From Candidatus Bathyarchaeia archaeon (GTDB lineage Archaea > Thermoproteota > Bathyarchaeia > TCS64): DNA of 39,144 nucleotides. A program made the position numbers and the translations under genes. The stretch covers positions 1-39,144 of the forward strand of contig JBGPRA010000002.1 of NCBI GenBank assembly GCA_041489375.1. Direction: 5' to 3'. Shown piece by piece: positions 17,637 to 26,854 of this stretch (the stretch's first letter is position 1; every line of letters starts with the position of its first letter). The notes under the pieces are model-generated. The model was not told the DNA's origin, did not search any database, and saw only the letters and a program-made list of their open reading frames with translations.

Positions 17637-18266
17637 TCATCTCACCCTTCCTTCCAGTCCTGCGATGATCTCCTCACTTTTAATTAGACTCACACAAAGG
17701 GAACGCCACTCAGACATACATGTCTTAATCTTGCTCGGGTCGATGCCTTTGATGGCGTCGGATACCACAATCACCTCATACCCAATCGCCTTGGCCAGAT
17801 ACCTCACGGCTAGGTCGACGCATATGTCACTCGCCACCCCATAGACCACGATCTGATCCGGGTTGACTGCATCTAGGAAGGGGCGCGTGTTTGGATTAGT
17901 CTCAACAGCGTTGTGTTGCTTCTCAAACAGGATTTGGCCACCAGACGCAATGGCTTCTCTCATCTGCTTCACCTTCAGCTTGGTTGAGGGAATGAACAGT
18001 GGTGTACCCCGCGTTGACTCTGGTATTTTCCTCTGTCCCGGTGTTCCGTAGACACAGTGCTCAGGCCACACCCTAAACTCAGGGTCCCGTGGGGTATGGG
18101 CGTCCACCGATCCGGACATGATACAAGTGCTAGGAAGAAGGTTCGTCAGGCGGGAGATGGATGGTCGAAGGGATTCAGCTCCAGGTACAGGCAGCTTGCC
18201 ATCTGGTTCCATGAAGTCGAGCTGGGTGTCAACATCCCATAGAAGCGTCCCCCCCATGTTAATCAC
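17637..18266 (-). CDS. pncA: Nicotinamidase / isochorismatase-family hydrolase
   Basis: DVDTQLDFMEPDGKLPV, HCVYGTPG and VYGVASDICV (catalytic Cys context). GTG 18266 overlaps the pncB stop by 4 nt. Alternative ATG at 18257. Confidence 0.8.
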   Translation of the reverse strand: MINMGGTLLWDVDTQLDFMEPDGKLPVPGAESLRPSISRLTNLLPSTCIMSGSVDAHTPRDPEFRVWPEHCVYGTPGQRKIPESTRGTPLFIPSTKLKVKQMREAIASGGQILFEKQHNAVETNPNTRPFLDAVNPDQIVVYGVASDICVDLAVRYLAKAIGYEVIVVSDAIKGIDPSKIKTCMSEWRSLCVSLIKSEEIIAGLEGRVR

Positions 18267-19618
18267 CCACCTGAGTGCTGCTTCACCAACTCATCTGTGA
18301 GGCTTTGAAGCCTTTCGCTTATCGTTAGGCGATAAGGTACGGTAGTCACTACTCTTCTGCACTCCTCGGGTAGCTTCGCTACGCAGCCAACTGAGTACTC
18401 CCTGACCTCCTGGAGTGTCTTCACTTTCCTGATCCTCTTGCCGGCAGCGACTGCGGGTTCGAGCAGGGGGATTCCAAAGCTTGGCTCGTTATCCAACTGT
18501 AGAACATCGTACAGGTACTTTCCGTCACCACCCGTGACTCTCGATAGCTGCTTCCTGCCCGGATGTGTCCTTTTACTATCCGAGAGCTTGATCCTGGGGC
18601 CGTAGTTGTCCTCAACCAGCTTGTAGACGCCGGGCAGGGCCGAGACAGGTTTGGCGGTTATCATTTCTGTACCGACCCCGTACATGTCCACTGGGGCCCC
18701 GCTCCTCGTGTAGGAGTCGATCTTGTACTCGTTCAGGTCGCTGCTCACAACGATCTTGACGTACTCCAGGCCTACGGAGTCAAGTAGGGCTCTTATCTGC
18801 CTCGAGAGGATCTCCATGTTCCCGGAGTCAAGTCTCACAGCCTTCAGCCTGTGGCCCTCCGCCTCCATCTCCTTAGCCACTCTTGCGGCGATTTTAGTTC
18901 CCTCCAGGGAGTCATAGGTGTCTATGAGGAATACGGAGTTGTCCGGGAAGGTATGCGCGTAGGCCTTGAAGGCCTCGTATTCATCTCGGAAGCCCATGAC
19001 GAAGCTGTGAGCCATGGTGCCTGAGGGGGGTATCCCGTATAGCTTCGCAGCCTCGACGTTGCTCGTGGCGTCGACACCGCCGATGTACTCCGCGCGGGCT
19101 CCGCGCACACCCGCGTCGAAGCCCTGTGCTCTTCTCAATCCGAAGTCGATTACCCTAGCTTTGCCTGCTGCGTTTACGACCCTGCTGGCCTTTGATGCTA
19201 TCAGTGTCTGGAAGTTGACTATGTTGAGCAGGGCGGTCTCTAGGAGTTGGGCTTGGGGTCGCTTAGCAGTGATACGCATCATCGGGGAGTCCGCTGTGAT
19301 CGGTGTCCCTTCGTTGAGCGCTGTTATGTCGCCCTCGAACCGGAAGTGGCGGAGGTAGTCCAGGTACTCATCAGTGAAGGTGCCAAGTCCCTGAAGGTAA
19401 GATACGTCGTCGTCCTTGAAGCGCGTCTTACAAGCGTAGTCGATTGCGTCGTCTATGCCCGCAGCGACGAAGTAGCCCCAGTCCTGGGGGAGAGTCCTTA
19501 TGAACATCTCGAAGGAGGCCACCTCATCCTGCTTGCCGTTGTCGATGTAGGCGGCGTTCATCGTCAGTTGGTATAGGTCGGTCAGGAGGGCGCTTCTGCT
19601 GTAGTCTGTCAAGGTCAT
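18263..19618 (-). CDS. pncB: Nicotinate phosphoribosyltransferase
   Basis: 451 aa. N-terminal LLTDLYQLTM, with FGLRRAQG and GTMAHSFV segments typical of NAPRTase. Confidence 0.9.
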   Translation of the reverse strand: MTLTDYSRSALLTDLYQLTMNAAYIDNGKQDEVASFEMFIRTLPQDWGYFVAAGIDDAIDYACKTRFKDDDVSYLQGLGTFTDEYLDYLRHFRFEGDITALNEGTPITADSPMMRITAKRPQAQLLETALLNIVNFQTLIASKASRVVNAAGKARVIDFGLRRAQGFDAGVRGARAEYIGGVDATSNVEAAKLYGIPPSGTMAHSFVMGFRDEYEAFKAYAHTFPDNSVFLIDTYDSLEGTKIAARVAKEMEAEGHRLKAVRLDSGNMEILSRQIRALLDSVGLEYVKIVVSSDLNEYKIDSYTRSGAPVDMYGVGTEMITAKPVSALPGVYKLVEDNYGPRIKLSDSKRTHPGRKQLSRVTGGDGKYLYDVLQLDNEPSFGIPLLEPAVAAGKRIRKVKTLQEVREYSVGCVAKLPEECRRVVTTVPYRLTISERLQSLTDELVKQHSGG

Positions 19619-19707
19619 CGGCCTCGTTAAGTGGGAGATGCTTAGGAGGATGTGTAATATACCGATATCGTACGCGCTTTAAACAAACAGATCGATGGCT
19701 GTCTTGC

Positions 19708-20856
19708 TCAACAACCGCAACCATCTTCTCGAATAAGGTAGCCGTCCTCGACCCGAAGCCCACCCCACGGCGCATCAAATAACGGGATGTCAACAGACAC
19801 CACCATGTTCTCCCTCAGAACTTCCTCGCTACTTGGGCCGAATATCGGGGGCTCGAACTCAATCACCCCAATACTATGAACGCCGGAGTACAGGAAATTC
19901 ACGCCCCAACCCGCCTCGCTCATAACCCTACGGCCAATAGCCTCCACGTCTCGACCCAGGACATTTCCCCGAATAGCTGTACAGCACTCTGATTGGGCAT
20001 GAATCGCCATCTTCGCGGCTCGCACAGCCTCATTCCCCGGGTTACCGACAATGATTGGTCTGGCGATCGCTCCATGATACCCCTCAACCCTGGGAGCAAG
20101 TGTGATGACGACTAGATCATCCCTCTTAATCCTCCTTAATGTGGTGCGGGCGAGTATCGGCCGAGTGTTGGGACCCGAGGCCACGATAGTGTCGATGCCC
20201 ATGCCCTCTGAGCCAGCTCTCCTCATGACGTACTCCGCCTCCGCAGCCACAAAACGCTCGGTCACACCAGGTTTGACGGCTGCGTATGCAGCCTCCATCC
20301 CCTTCTCAGCTACCGAGTAAGCGTACCTAATCACGGCTATCTCCTCAGATGACTTGATGGCTCTCACGCTACAGAGCTCCGCCTCCGCATCGATCAACTC
20401 AGCCTCGGGCAGAGCACGCTTGAAAGAGTCCAAGACGATCCCAGGCATCATTTCAAGCCCTCCAACCCCTATCCTCCTGATTCGGGTACTGCCCTTGAAC
20501 TCGCTTACCACCTGTCTAAAGCTCTGTATCCTCGCGTATGGATAGTCCTCATCGGGGTGTGTTAGCTCCCTGAGGACACGAGTTTCCTTCATCCGCCCGA
20601 CAAGTCTGGCGTATTCCTCGCTCTCAGGGCCGCAGAGGAGAACAGGTTCCCCCTCCAGTGGCAGCAGAATGCATACAGCCTCGAAGTGTGGTGGAAAACC
20701 GGTGAGGTACCTAGCATGGGCGGCTCCAGCCGTTGCCATGTCGTTGGAGTAGGCTAATATGAGGTCTATTTCCTTTTCAGCCATCAATTTTTGGACAGTA
20801 TTCCAACGCCTAATGTAATCTGATTGCGGTATGGTCGGAGGCGCAGTAATCGACAC
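19708..20856 (-). CDS. M24-family peptidase (Xaa-Pro peptidase / creatinase-like)
   Basis: 382 aa. Creatinase-type N-domain followed by a pita-bread C-domain (YHGAIARP, HSIGVIEFEPP, LRVEDGYLI). Confidence 0.8.
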   Translation of the reverse strand: MSITAPPTIPQSDYIRRWNTVQKLMAEKEIDLILAYSNDMATAGAAHARYLTGFPPHFEAVCILLPLEGEPVLLCGPESEEYARLVGRMKETRVLRELTHPDEDYPYARIQSFRQVVSEFKGSTRIRRIGVGGLEMMPGIVLDSFKRALPEAELIDAEAELCSVRAIKSSEEIAVIRYAYSVAEKGMEAAYAAVKPGVTERFVAAEAEYVMRRAGSEGMGIDTIVASGPNTRPILARTTLRRIKRDDLVVITLAPRVEGYHGAIARPIIVGNPGNEAVRAAKMAIHAQSECCTAIRGNVLGRDVEAIGRRVMSEAGWGVNFLYSGVHSIGVIEFEPPIFGPSSEEVLRENMVVSVDIPLFDAPWGGLRVEDGYLIREDGCGC

Positions 20857-20879
20857 TATCTTTCACCTCATAGTCAGTC

Positions 20880-20895
20880 CGCATGCGCGCGTGCG
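20880..20895. repeat. 16-nt CG-rich alternating tract cgcatgcgcgcgtgcg in a divergent promoter spacer
   Basis: Read directly between the M24 start (20856) and the aldolase start (21009). Confidence 0.85.
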
Positions 20896-21008
20896 AGATA
20901 AGGGCGCTATTGACTTTATTAGTGATATCAAAATCTTCAGTCGTGCGTGCTCAATTGTAACATCCTTTTTAGAGCGAGCAGCGACTACTCTAACCTAGGT
21001 TAATTATC

Positions 21009-21818
21009 ATGATGCCTAAAAACAAGCTTAGAAAGCTCCTCAGGGAAGGAAAAGCAACGGTCGGAACACACTACTCCTGCACTTGGGCAAACCTTGTGGA
21101 GATAATTGGTAACAGCCAACAATTTGACTACGCCGAGTTCACAGGTCAGTATGGCCCATACACACTCCACGATCTTGAGCACCTGGCACGAGCATGCGAA
21201 GTCACATGCATGGACTCCATGATCAAGATAGACCAGGAGCCAAGAACCTTCATCGCATCGCGGGCGATTCAGGCAGGCTTCAACGCCATGCTGTTCGCTG
21301 ACTGCCGAACCGTGGAGGATGTCAGGCAGTGTGTGCGCTCCGTGAAACTCATCCCGCAGGGCGGGGTGAACGGTGTCCAATATGGGAGGGTGATGGGCTA
21401 CGGGACAGTCATGGGCCACACTGTAACCCTAGATGAGTATGTTAGGTACATCGATGAGATAGTGATCGCCATCATGATAGAAACCAAGACCCTAGCGGAT
21501 GACATCGAGGAAGTGCTCTCAATCCAGGGAATCGACATGATCCAGTTCGGTCCAAGCGACTTCAGCATCTCAATTAACCACCCCGGAGAAGGCTATAAGA
21601 ACGCTCAAATCACGGAGGCGATGGAGAGATGCTACAAGGCAGCGAAGCGCAGGGGGATACGCATCAGAGCCGAGTGCGGCATAGATGAAATGCAGAAATG
21701 GATCGATCTAGGCTGTAAAGACTTCTGCATAGGAAGCGACACAGGAACGATCAATACCTGGGCCAATAACGCGGGAAAAACCATACGAAACAAACTAACT
21801 GAAGTAAAACTCATCTAA
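21009..21818 (+). CDS. HpcH/HpaI-family aldolase (2-keto-3-deoxy-acid aldolase-like)
   Basis: 269 aa. N-terminal KLREGKATVGT pattern. Internal IMIETK and QFGPSDFS segments typical of this TIM-barrel family. Confidence 0.7.
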   Translation: MMPKNKLRKLLREGKATVGTHYSCTWANLVEIIGNSQQFDYAEFTGQYGPYTLHDLEHLARACEVTCMDSMIKIDQEPRTFIASRAIQAGFNAMLFADCRTVEDVRQCVRSVKLIPQGGVNGVQYGRVMGYGTVMGHTVTLDEYVRYIDEIVIAIMIETKTLADDIEEVLSIQGIDMIQFGPSDFSISINHPGEGYKNAQITEAMERCYKAAKRRGIRIRAECGIDEMQKWIDLGCKDFCIGSDTGTINTWANNAGKTIRNKLTEVKLI

Positions 21819-21900
21819 TCCGCCTCACACGTCGCGCGTGCGACTATAGCCATGGACCGGAAAACACCTGCGATAATCTATCCCACGAAGGTACACATAG

Positions 21901-21910
21901 GCGCGCGCGC
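21901..21910. repeat. Pure (GC)5 tract
   Basis: Read directly: catagGCGCGCGCGCtttt. Left boundary of an orphan gene fragment. Confidence 0.9.
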
Positions 21911-22090
21911 TTTTAAGGGCTGTTGAGCAGAGTCAGCGCCTGGCCAATTCTTGTAGGTTTTCACCCAGATATCCATTTTCCAAGGACCAGCGTTAACGTC
22001 CCAGTCGTCGGCTTCTTTTTGGTGGATATTCTTTAGGAATTGAGAGGCCTTTTCGGCAGTCGCTATTCCTATGAATATATCTTTGTTAAC
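21911..22090 (-). pseudogene. Start-less orphan coding fragment (~60 aa) bracketed by two (CG)n tracts
   Basis: The minus-strand frame reads VNKDIFIGIATAEKASQFLKNIHQKEADDWDVNAGPWKMDIWVKTYKNWPGADSAQQPLK, then ARAP through the CG tract. A TAG lies immediately upstream and there is no start codon. Composition is protein-like; family not recognised. Confidence 0.4.
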
Positions 22091-22116
22091 CTATTTTTTA
22101 CCATCCAGCGTTCTGT

Positions 22117-22127
22117 CGCGCGCGCGC
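22117..22127. repeat. Pure (CG)n tract cgcgcgcgcgc
   Basis: Read directly: ctgtCGCGCGCGCGCctgaac. It lies just to the right of the orphan fragment. It is followed at 22138-22160 by a partial copy of the right half of the 31-38 kb repeat (cttgaaacacaaccgttcattaa). Confidence 0.9.
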
Positions 22128-22446
22128 CTGAACACGTCTTGAAACACAACCGTTCATTAACATCACCGAACCGAGAATGGAGATTATACCCCAACTCGAT
22201 TTAGGTAAAGAGAAGTAAATCAACTATTAACATTAACTAGAATCATCCCGATGCTAGATGTGATCAAACGCTAAATATTATTCGCGTGCGATCCTGCTAT
22301 GGTCGCGTTTGTGGGTGAACTAATATTCTAATGATGGTTATTTGGTGGGGCTTGTTAATCACAGTGGCCTCGAGGTGTGTACCTTAACGATTTGTTAAAG
22401 CCTCGTGGATAGCTTTATACTGTCTATTTCGTTAGTTTAATTCAAG

Positions 22447-22791
22447 TTGAAGCTTTTTACCCTGTGTATCATCGCTGCTGTCATTTCGGTCGGAGGCCCA
22501 GCTGCGATATTTATTTATGCAAATTCGAATACTTCGACCTATATAGTGACGACGCAGGTTCATGGTGGTAAGGGGATTATCATCGGTGCGCCATATGTTG
22601 ACTTTAACTACGATCAGGGCACCGGTCTAACTCTCAAGGTTAATGGGGGGGACAGCCTTAAGTTGATAGTTGTCGCGGATCCGGGGTATAGGTTTAGCTC
22701 CTGGGGAGGTGACCTGCAGGGCAGTGTTAACCCCATGACGGTCGTGGTTGATAAGGATCTATTTATTACAGCGATCCTTGTCCCGGGTTAG
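22447..22791 (+). CDS. Small N-terminally anchored protein with a beta-rich (InlB B-repeat-like) domain
   Basis: 114 aa with a TTG start. TM LFTLCIIAAVISVGGPAAIFIYA. GYRFSSWGGDLQGSVNPMTVVVDKD resembles the divergent InlB B-repeat pattern. Confidence 0.5.
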   Translation: MKLFTLCIIAAVISVGGPAAIFIYANSNTSTYIVTTQVHGGKGIIIGAPYVDFNYDQGTGLTLKVNGGDSLKLIVVADPGYRFSSWGGDLQGSVNPMTVVVDKDLFITAILVPG

Positions 22792-22843
22792 ATGCATAGT
22801 GGAGCACGCGTAAGGTCTATTATTAGGCAAGTCAAGTTCTCTC

Positions 22844-23173
22844 ATGGTGGTAAATTTGATTAAATGTCCGAAATGTAGCTCGGAGATTCTCGAGGACTCG
22901 ATTTACTGTAAGTTCTGCGGTACGCGGCAGGGCAGTTATGTAACCGAGGAAACCTCAGTAGCAGCTAACGACGTCCTCAAGAGAGTTCAAGAGCTGCTTC
23001 ACGAGGGTAATATCACGAGGATCGTGGTGAAGGATGACACGGGGAAGCAGTTATTGGAGATTCCCGCAACGGTGGGTGTCGTGGGTACGCTTCTCGCCCC
23101 CTGGATGGCTGCACTCGGGGTAATCGCCGCGATTGCGACAAAATGTACGATCGTTGTTGAGAGAAGAGCATAA
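22844..23173 (+). CDS. Zinc-ribbon plus DUF4342-like protein
   Basis: CPKCSSEI...CKFCG, then LHEGNITRIVVKDDTGKQLLEIPATVGVVGTLLAPWMAALGVIAAIATKCTIVVER, which matches the DUF4342 pattern as I remember it. Confidence 0.6.
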   Translation: MVVNLIKCPKCSSEILEDSIYCKFCGTRQGSYVTEETSVAANDVLKRVQELLHEGNITRIVVKDDTGKQLLEIPATVGVVGTLLAPWMAALGVIAAIATKCTIVVERRA

Positions 23174-23258
23174 CTGCGTGTATCGTAGTGCGCTGGTTTT
23201 TGCCAAGGCTTTATTTTGAATGGATTCTGGTGTTTAGTCGATGATAGAGGGGTTCTGA

Positions 23259-24197
23259 TTGAGGCGTGTGTCCAAACGTGGCGTTGGGGCTCTTTCACTT
23301 ATAATTGTGATTCTGTTTGCCATTCTTGGTGTGTACGCGGTTTACAGGTTCGGTTTACTTGATAAGTATCTAGTGTCACAAACCCCGCCCAAACAGATAC
23401 CTAGCCTCGGTGAGATGCGTGCATACGCGTTGAGCGAGATAAACGTGGAGCGGTCTAAAGCAGGGTTAAAGAATGTAACCTTGAGCCACATCGACTGCGC
23501 TCAGGGTCACGCCGACGAGATGCTGAAGAGTAGATACCTCAGCCACTGGGGCCTTGATGGTTCGAAGCCCTATATGCGATACACATCTGCGGGTGGGAGG
23601 GCCTCGGTCGCTGAGAACGCGGCGTACATCTCCTCCACTGGAACCCTCGACGCCTATACTTCTATTCATCAGTTAAACTGGGACATGGTCTATAACGACT
23701 CTGGGTCGAACTGGGGGCACAGGGATAACATGCTTAATCCGGATCATAATCGGGTCAGTATCGGTGTAGCGTTTGACGGTTCGACTCTTTCCCTCGTCCA
23801 GGACTTTGAGGACTACTACTTCACGGTGGCTGAGGTGAAGCAGAGTGGACCTGTTATCAGCCTCACATACACGTCCACAATTTCAGGGTGGAAGCCCGAG
23901 CAGGTTGGAGTCTATTATGACTCTCTTCCACAGCCTCTCACCAAGGAGCAGCTATCTAACTCTCCCTACAATGGTAGCTACGATGCAGGTGACCTCGTTG
24001 GCGGCGTTGTGCCAAAGGGTTTTCACCTAAATCAGGGGGTCACCGTGAATGCCTCGAGCTGGTCTACTTCCGGGTCCACGTTCAACACCTCATTTGATTT
24101 GGAAAAGATCTTCTCGAGCAGAGGAGTGGGCGTCTACACATTGTACATCGCGGACTCCTCAGGGACCTACACAAGTGTATCAGTATGGAACAAGTAG
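23259..24197 (+). CDS. Membrane-anchored CAP/SCP (PR-1-like) domain protein with an extra C-terminal beta domain
   Basis: N-terminal TM LSLIIVILFAILGVYAVY. The segment EINVERSKAGL...AQGHADEM...HWGLDG...ENAAY...GHRDNML fits the CAP superfamily pattern. Confidence 0.65.
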   Translation: MRRVSKRGVGALSLIIVILFAILGVYAVYRFGLLDKYLVSQTPPKQIPSLGEMRAYALSEINVERSKAGLKNVTLSHIDCAQGHADEMLKSRYLSHWGLDGSKPYMRYTSAGGRASVAENAAYISSTGTLDAYTSIHQLNWDMVYNDSGSNWGHRDNMLNPDHNRVSIGVAFDGSTLSLVQDFEDYYFTVAEVKQSGPVISLTYTSTISGWKPEQVGVYYDSLPQPLTKEQLSNSPYNGSYDAGDLVGGVVPKGFHLNQGVTVNASSWSTSGSTFNTSFDLEKIFSSRGVGVYTLYIADSSGTYTSVSVWNK

Positions 24198-24258
24198 GGA
24201 GCACGTCACGCGAGCTGGCTGTTACTTCGCTAAGTTGTAACTTGAGACGTCTAAATGT

Positions 24259-24282
24259 CGCGTGCATGATTACTTGCACGCG
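24259..24282. terminator. Perfect 8-bp GC hairpin CGCGTGCA-n8-TGCACGCG
   Basis: Read directly, 62 nt after the CAP gene stop. Member of the CG-palindrome class; a terminator role is only a guess. Confidence 0.3.
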
Positions 24283-24369
24283 GTAACTGGAGGGTGTTCT
24301 ACTTTTTAAAACTGGTGTTCTAAACACTGAGATTATACACGAGTGTTCAGCATTAATTATTGATTAAAG

Positions 24370-25989
24370 ATGAACCGTTTGGTAGCTTTGACGGCGTTGA
24401 TACTCGTAAGCTTGATAGTGCCTACAAGCATATACACTCTCCAGAGTCAACCCGTGATTGATCCCAAGGATATTGCGATAAACTTCATACGAGATGCCCC
24501 CACCTTCAGTTTTGATGGGATTGCTACCACCCTAAAGGTCGTTGGTCATGTACAATTGAAGAGCAACCCCATCCAACACCTAGTCACATTATCCTTCACA
24601 TGTCTGCATAGCGGGTACGGTGACAGGACGGGTAAGCCCACCCTTCAGGTTCTCACCCCCCACACTGCTATGGTAACGGTTGTTGAGGGTAAAGTCACCA
24701 GCGCTGTTCTTGATGACAGGTGGGACGAGTTGAGCCAGGAGCTTATCCCAATTACCAAGGAGGTCGTGACGAAGATTGCTCTCGATTGGCTACGGAGCTC
24801 ACCCACCTTCAGGTTCGACGGCTTAGAGGAGTCGTTGAAGGTTGTGGAGGTGTGGCAGGCTCAGACCTTCGCGTACCCGAGTTTCTGGCAGGTCACGATA
24901 GAGTTTGATTCACTGCACGAGGGCTACGGAGACAGGACGGGTCAGGTTCTCGCCAAGGACATCACCCACCACAGTATCAGGATCCATGTGACGGAGAGCG
25001 TGGTCACTATGGGGGTCATCGACGAGAAGTGGGATGAGCTAAAGCAGAGCATGTTGCCAAGCACACATACAAAGGAGGAGGCGGAGCAGATAGCCCTACA
25101 GTGGCTATATAGGTGCCCCACATTCATGTTCGATGGCGTCAAGGACACCGTCAAGGTTGTGAGAGTCGACACCCTCCGAATGCCCAATGCCTACGAGGTC
25201 TACATCGGGTTCGTCTGCGGCTACCCGGGGTACGGTGACCGAACTGGCCATGTGACCCTTGGGCACAGCCAGCAGCATACAATCAGGATCATGGTCCATG
25301 AGGGCCTTGTGACGCGTGCGATTATCGACGAGGTTTGGGATGAGGTCAACCAGAAGATGTTGAATGTCGATGAGGATCAAGTCACTTCACCCGAGTCCGC
25401 ACGGAATTATTTGGTGGTCTACCTCATCAAGACCTACAATCTTGGCTACACGGTCCCACTCGGCTGGGTTGAGGAGAACTTGACCCCACAACAGACCGTT
25501 GGCATCTCTGTTACAAGATACACATCGGGTCCATGGGTAATCACTGTAAAGTACCCAGTTGTTCTCGAGCCAACCTACTCGGTCTCGATTGCCTACAGTG
25601 GCTCGATGCCATTCACATGGGAGGGAACCGTGGGTGTGGACGGCGTGGTCACGGCTGAGAACACGAACCTGGATAAACCCACTGACGTGCAGATCATTGG
25701 TCCAGTTAAAGCCCGCGATATATGCATAGCGTACATCCTACAGAATCACCTCGACGTAAAGGCTGAGCCACCAGTGGAGTGGAGCGTCAAGAACCTTGTT
25801 CCCGACGACATCGTCGGCATCACCAAGATCGAGTACACAGGGGATGGCTGGGAGGTCGTCGTCTCGGGTCCTGTGGTCTGGAAGCCCACGTACAACGTAG
25901 AGGTGCGCTACACCGGTCCAGGAGCATTCAAGTGGAGTGGAACGCTTCCCCAGGGGGGGTCCGTTCAGGAACTCGCGTTCAACAAGTAG
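24370..25989 (+). CDS. Secreted protein built of 3 + 2 internal repeats, uncharacterised
   Basis: Signal/TM LVALTALILVSLIVPTSIY. Three ~100-aa repeats each carry PTF.FDG, LKVV, GYGDRTG and D..WDE (PTF at aa 44, 145, 250). Two ~100-aa repeats follow (aa ~341-430 and ~445-535) with W..NL.P...VGI....YTG..W and KPTY.V...Y.G...F.W.GT. Confidence 0.7.
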   Translation: MNRLVALTALILVSLIVPTSIYTLQSQPVIDPKDIAINFIRDAPTFSFDGIATTLKVVGHVQLKSNPIQHLVTLSFTCLHSGYGDRTGKPTLQVLTPHTAMVTVVEGKVTSAVLDDRWDELSQELIPITKEVVTKIALDWLRSSPTFRFDGLEESLKVVEVWQAQTFAYPSFWQVTIEFDSLHEGYGDRTGQVLAKDITHHSIRIHVTESVVTMGVIDEKWDELKQSMLPSTHTKEEAEQIALQWLYRCPTFMFDGVKDTVKVVRVDTLRMPNAYEVYIGFVCGYPGYGDRTGHVTLGHSQQHTIRIMVHEGLVTRAIIDEVWDEVNQKMLNVDEDQVTSPESARNYLVVYLIKTYNLGYTVPLGWVEENLTPQQTVGISVTRYTSGPWVITVKYPVVLEPTYSVSIAYSGSMPFTWEGTVGVDGVVTAENTNLDKPTDVQIIGPVKARDICIAYILQNHLDVKAEPPVEWSVKNLVPDDIVGITKIEYTGDGWEVVVSGPVVWKPTYNVEVRYTGPGAFKWSGTLPQGGSVQELAFNK

Positions 25990-26101
25990 TTGAACAGATA
26001 AAACTCAGTTCATATTTTCGAAAGATCTCTTATGCGAGGTATAGAGACCCACTCCCATGAGTTTAGACAACGCTAGGTAGCGAGAATCAAGCAGGTTTAG
26101 G

Positions 26102-26416
26102 CTAATCGACTATCTTCTTGGATATTTTATATTGATAATCCAAACTCCCATCGTTGAGCCAGAAAACATACTCCTCCTCAGACTCGTGGAAAAGTATTGG
26201 TTTAAGTAGGATCTCTAAAACCTTGGCTAGATCCTCGAAGCTCTCGAGAATGTTTGTCTTCCCTTTGCCACTTGGGCCGGTGCTGTTCCTGATAATTAGT
26301 TCCCTGTGTGAAGATAGTATCTTCTCTAACTTGTCGTCTCTTTGAGGAGCTGAGCTGATTATTAGCCAAATTGAGCTGGCTAAAACAATTAACGTAGGAG
26401 GGCTCCGATCGGCCAC
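26102..26416 (-). CDS. Hypothetical protein with a Walker-A-like GPSGKGKT; possibly a truncated P-loop NTPase
   Basis: 104 aa. ELIIRNSTGPSGKGKTNILE resembles strand plus P-loop, but only ~45 aa follow. Confidence 0.3.
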   Translation of the reverse strand: MADRSPPTLIVLASSIWLIISSAPQRDDKLEKILSSHRELIIRNSTGPSGKGKTNILESFEDLAKVLEILLKPILFHESEEEYVFWLNDGSLDYQYKISKKIVD

Positions 26417-26727
26417 ATGATCCGTTGGTTTGACACCGCTTCGTTGTGAGTGGTAAGTTGGTCGTTGATTATCTTCACTTCGCTCTGCGTCATGTTGTGC
26501 ATTGATATGTAAACCCCGTTTCGGTTCCCTACAATGAATTCCATCGTCAGCGCTGGGCTATAGATCGACCTTATTGGCCTGCCAGCGATGTTGAAGGACT
26601 CTGTGATTCTCGGTGTAATAGTCAAGTTAAATGAAGGGTAAGATCCCGTCTCCTCCTCAATTATGTTAACGTATCGCAAAACGTCTGTAACATTCACGGT
26701 TAGGGTGGAGGTGGTTACCTTTACCAT
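26389..26727 (-). CDS. Hypothetical protein
   Basis: 112-aa ORF with an ATG start. Its end overlaps the next ORF by 28 nt. No motif recognised. Confidence 0.4.
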   Translation of the reverse strand: MVKVTTSTLTVNVTDVLRYVNIIEEETGSYPSFNLTITPRITESFNIAGRPIRSIYSPALTMEFIVGNRNGVYISMHNMTQSEVKIINDQLTTHNEAVSNQRIMWPIGALLR

Positions 26728-26854
26728 TTTGAAGATCCTGGAGGCATCGGCATCAGAAAAGACTTTACTCCACTTAGATACCGCGGCGAATCTTGTCTTG
26801 ATTTAATACCTTCTCTTTAAAACACGGGTATAACACGCACGGTGGTTTAATTCT

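Noticed and set aside
17637-20856. M24 peptidase, pncB and pncA cluster as a novel system
   Set aside because: This is an ordinary NAD salvage pair with a 4-nt start/stop overlap. The upstream peptidase is separated by 89 nt and has no evident functional link.
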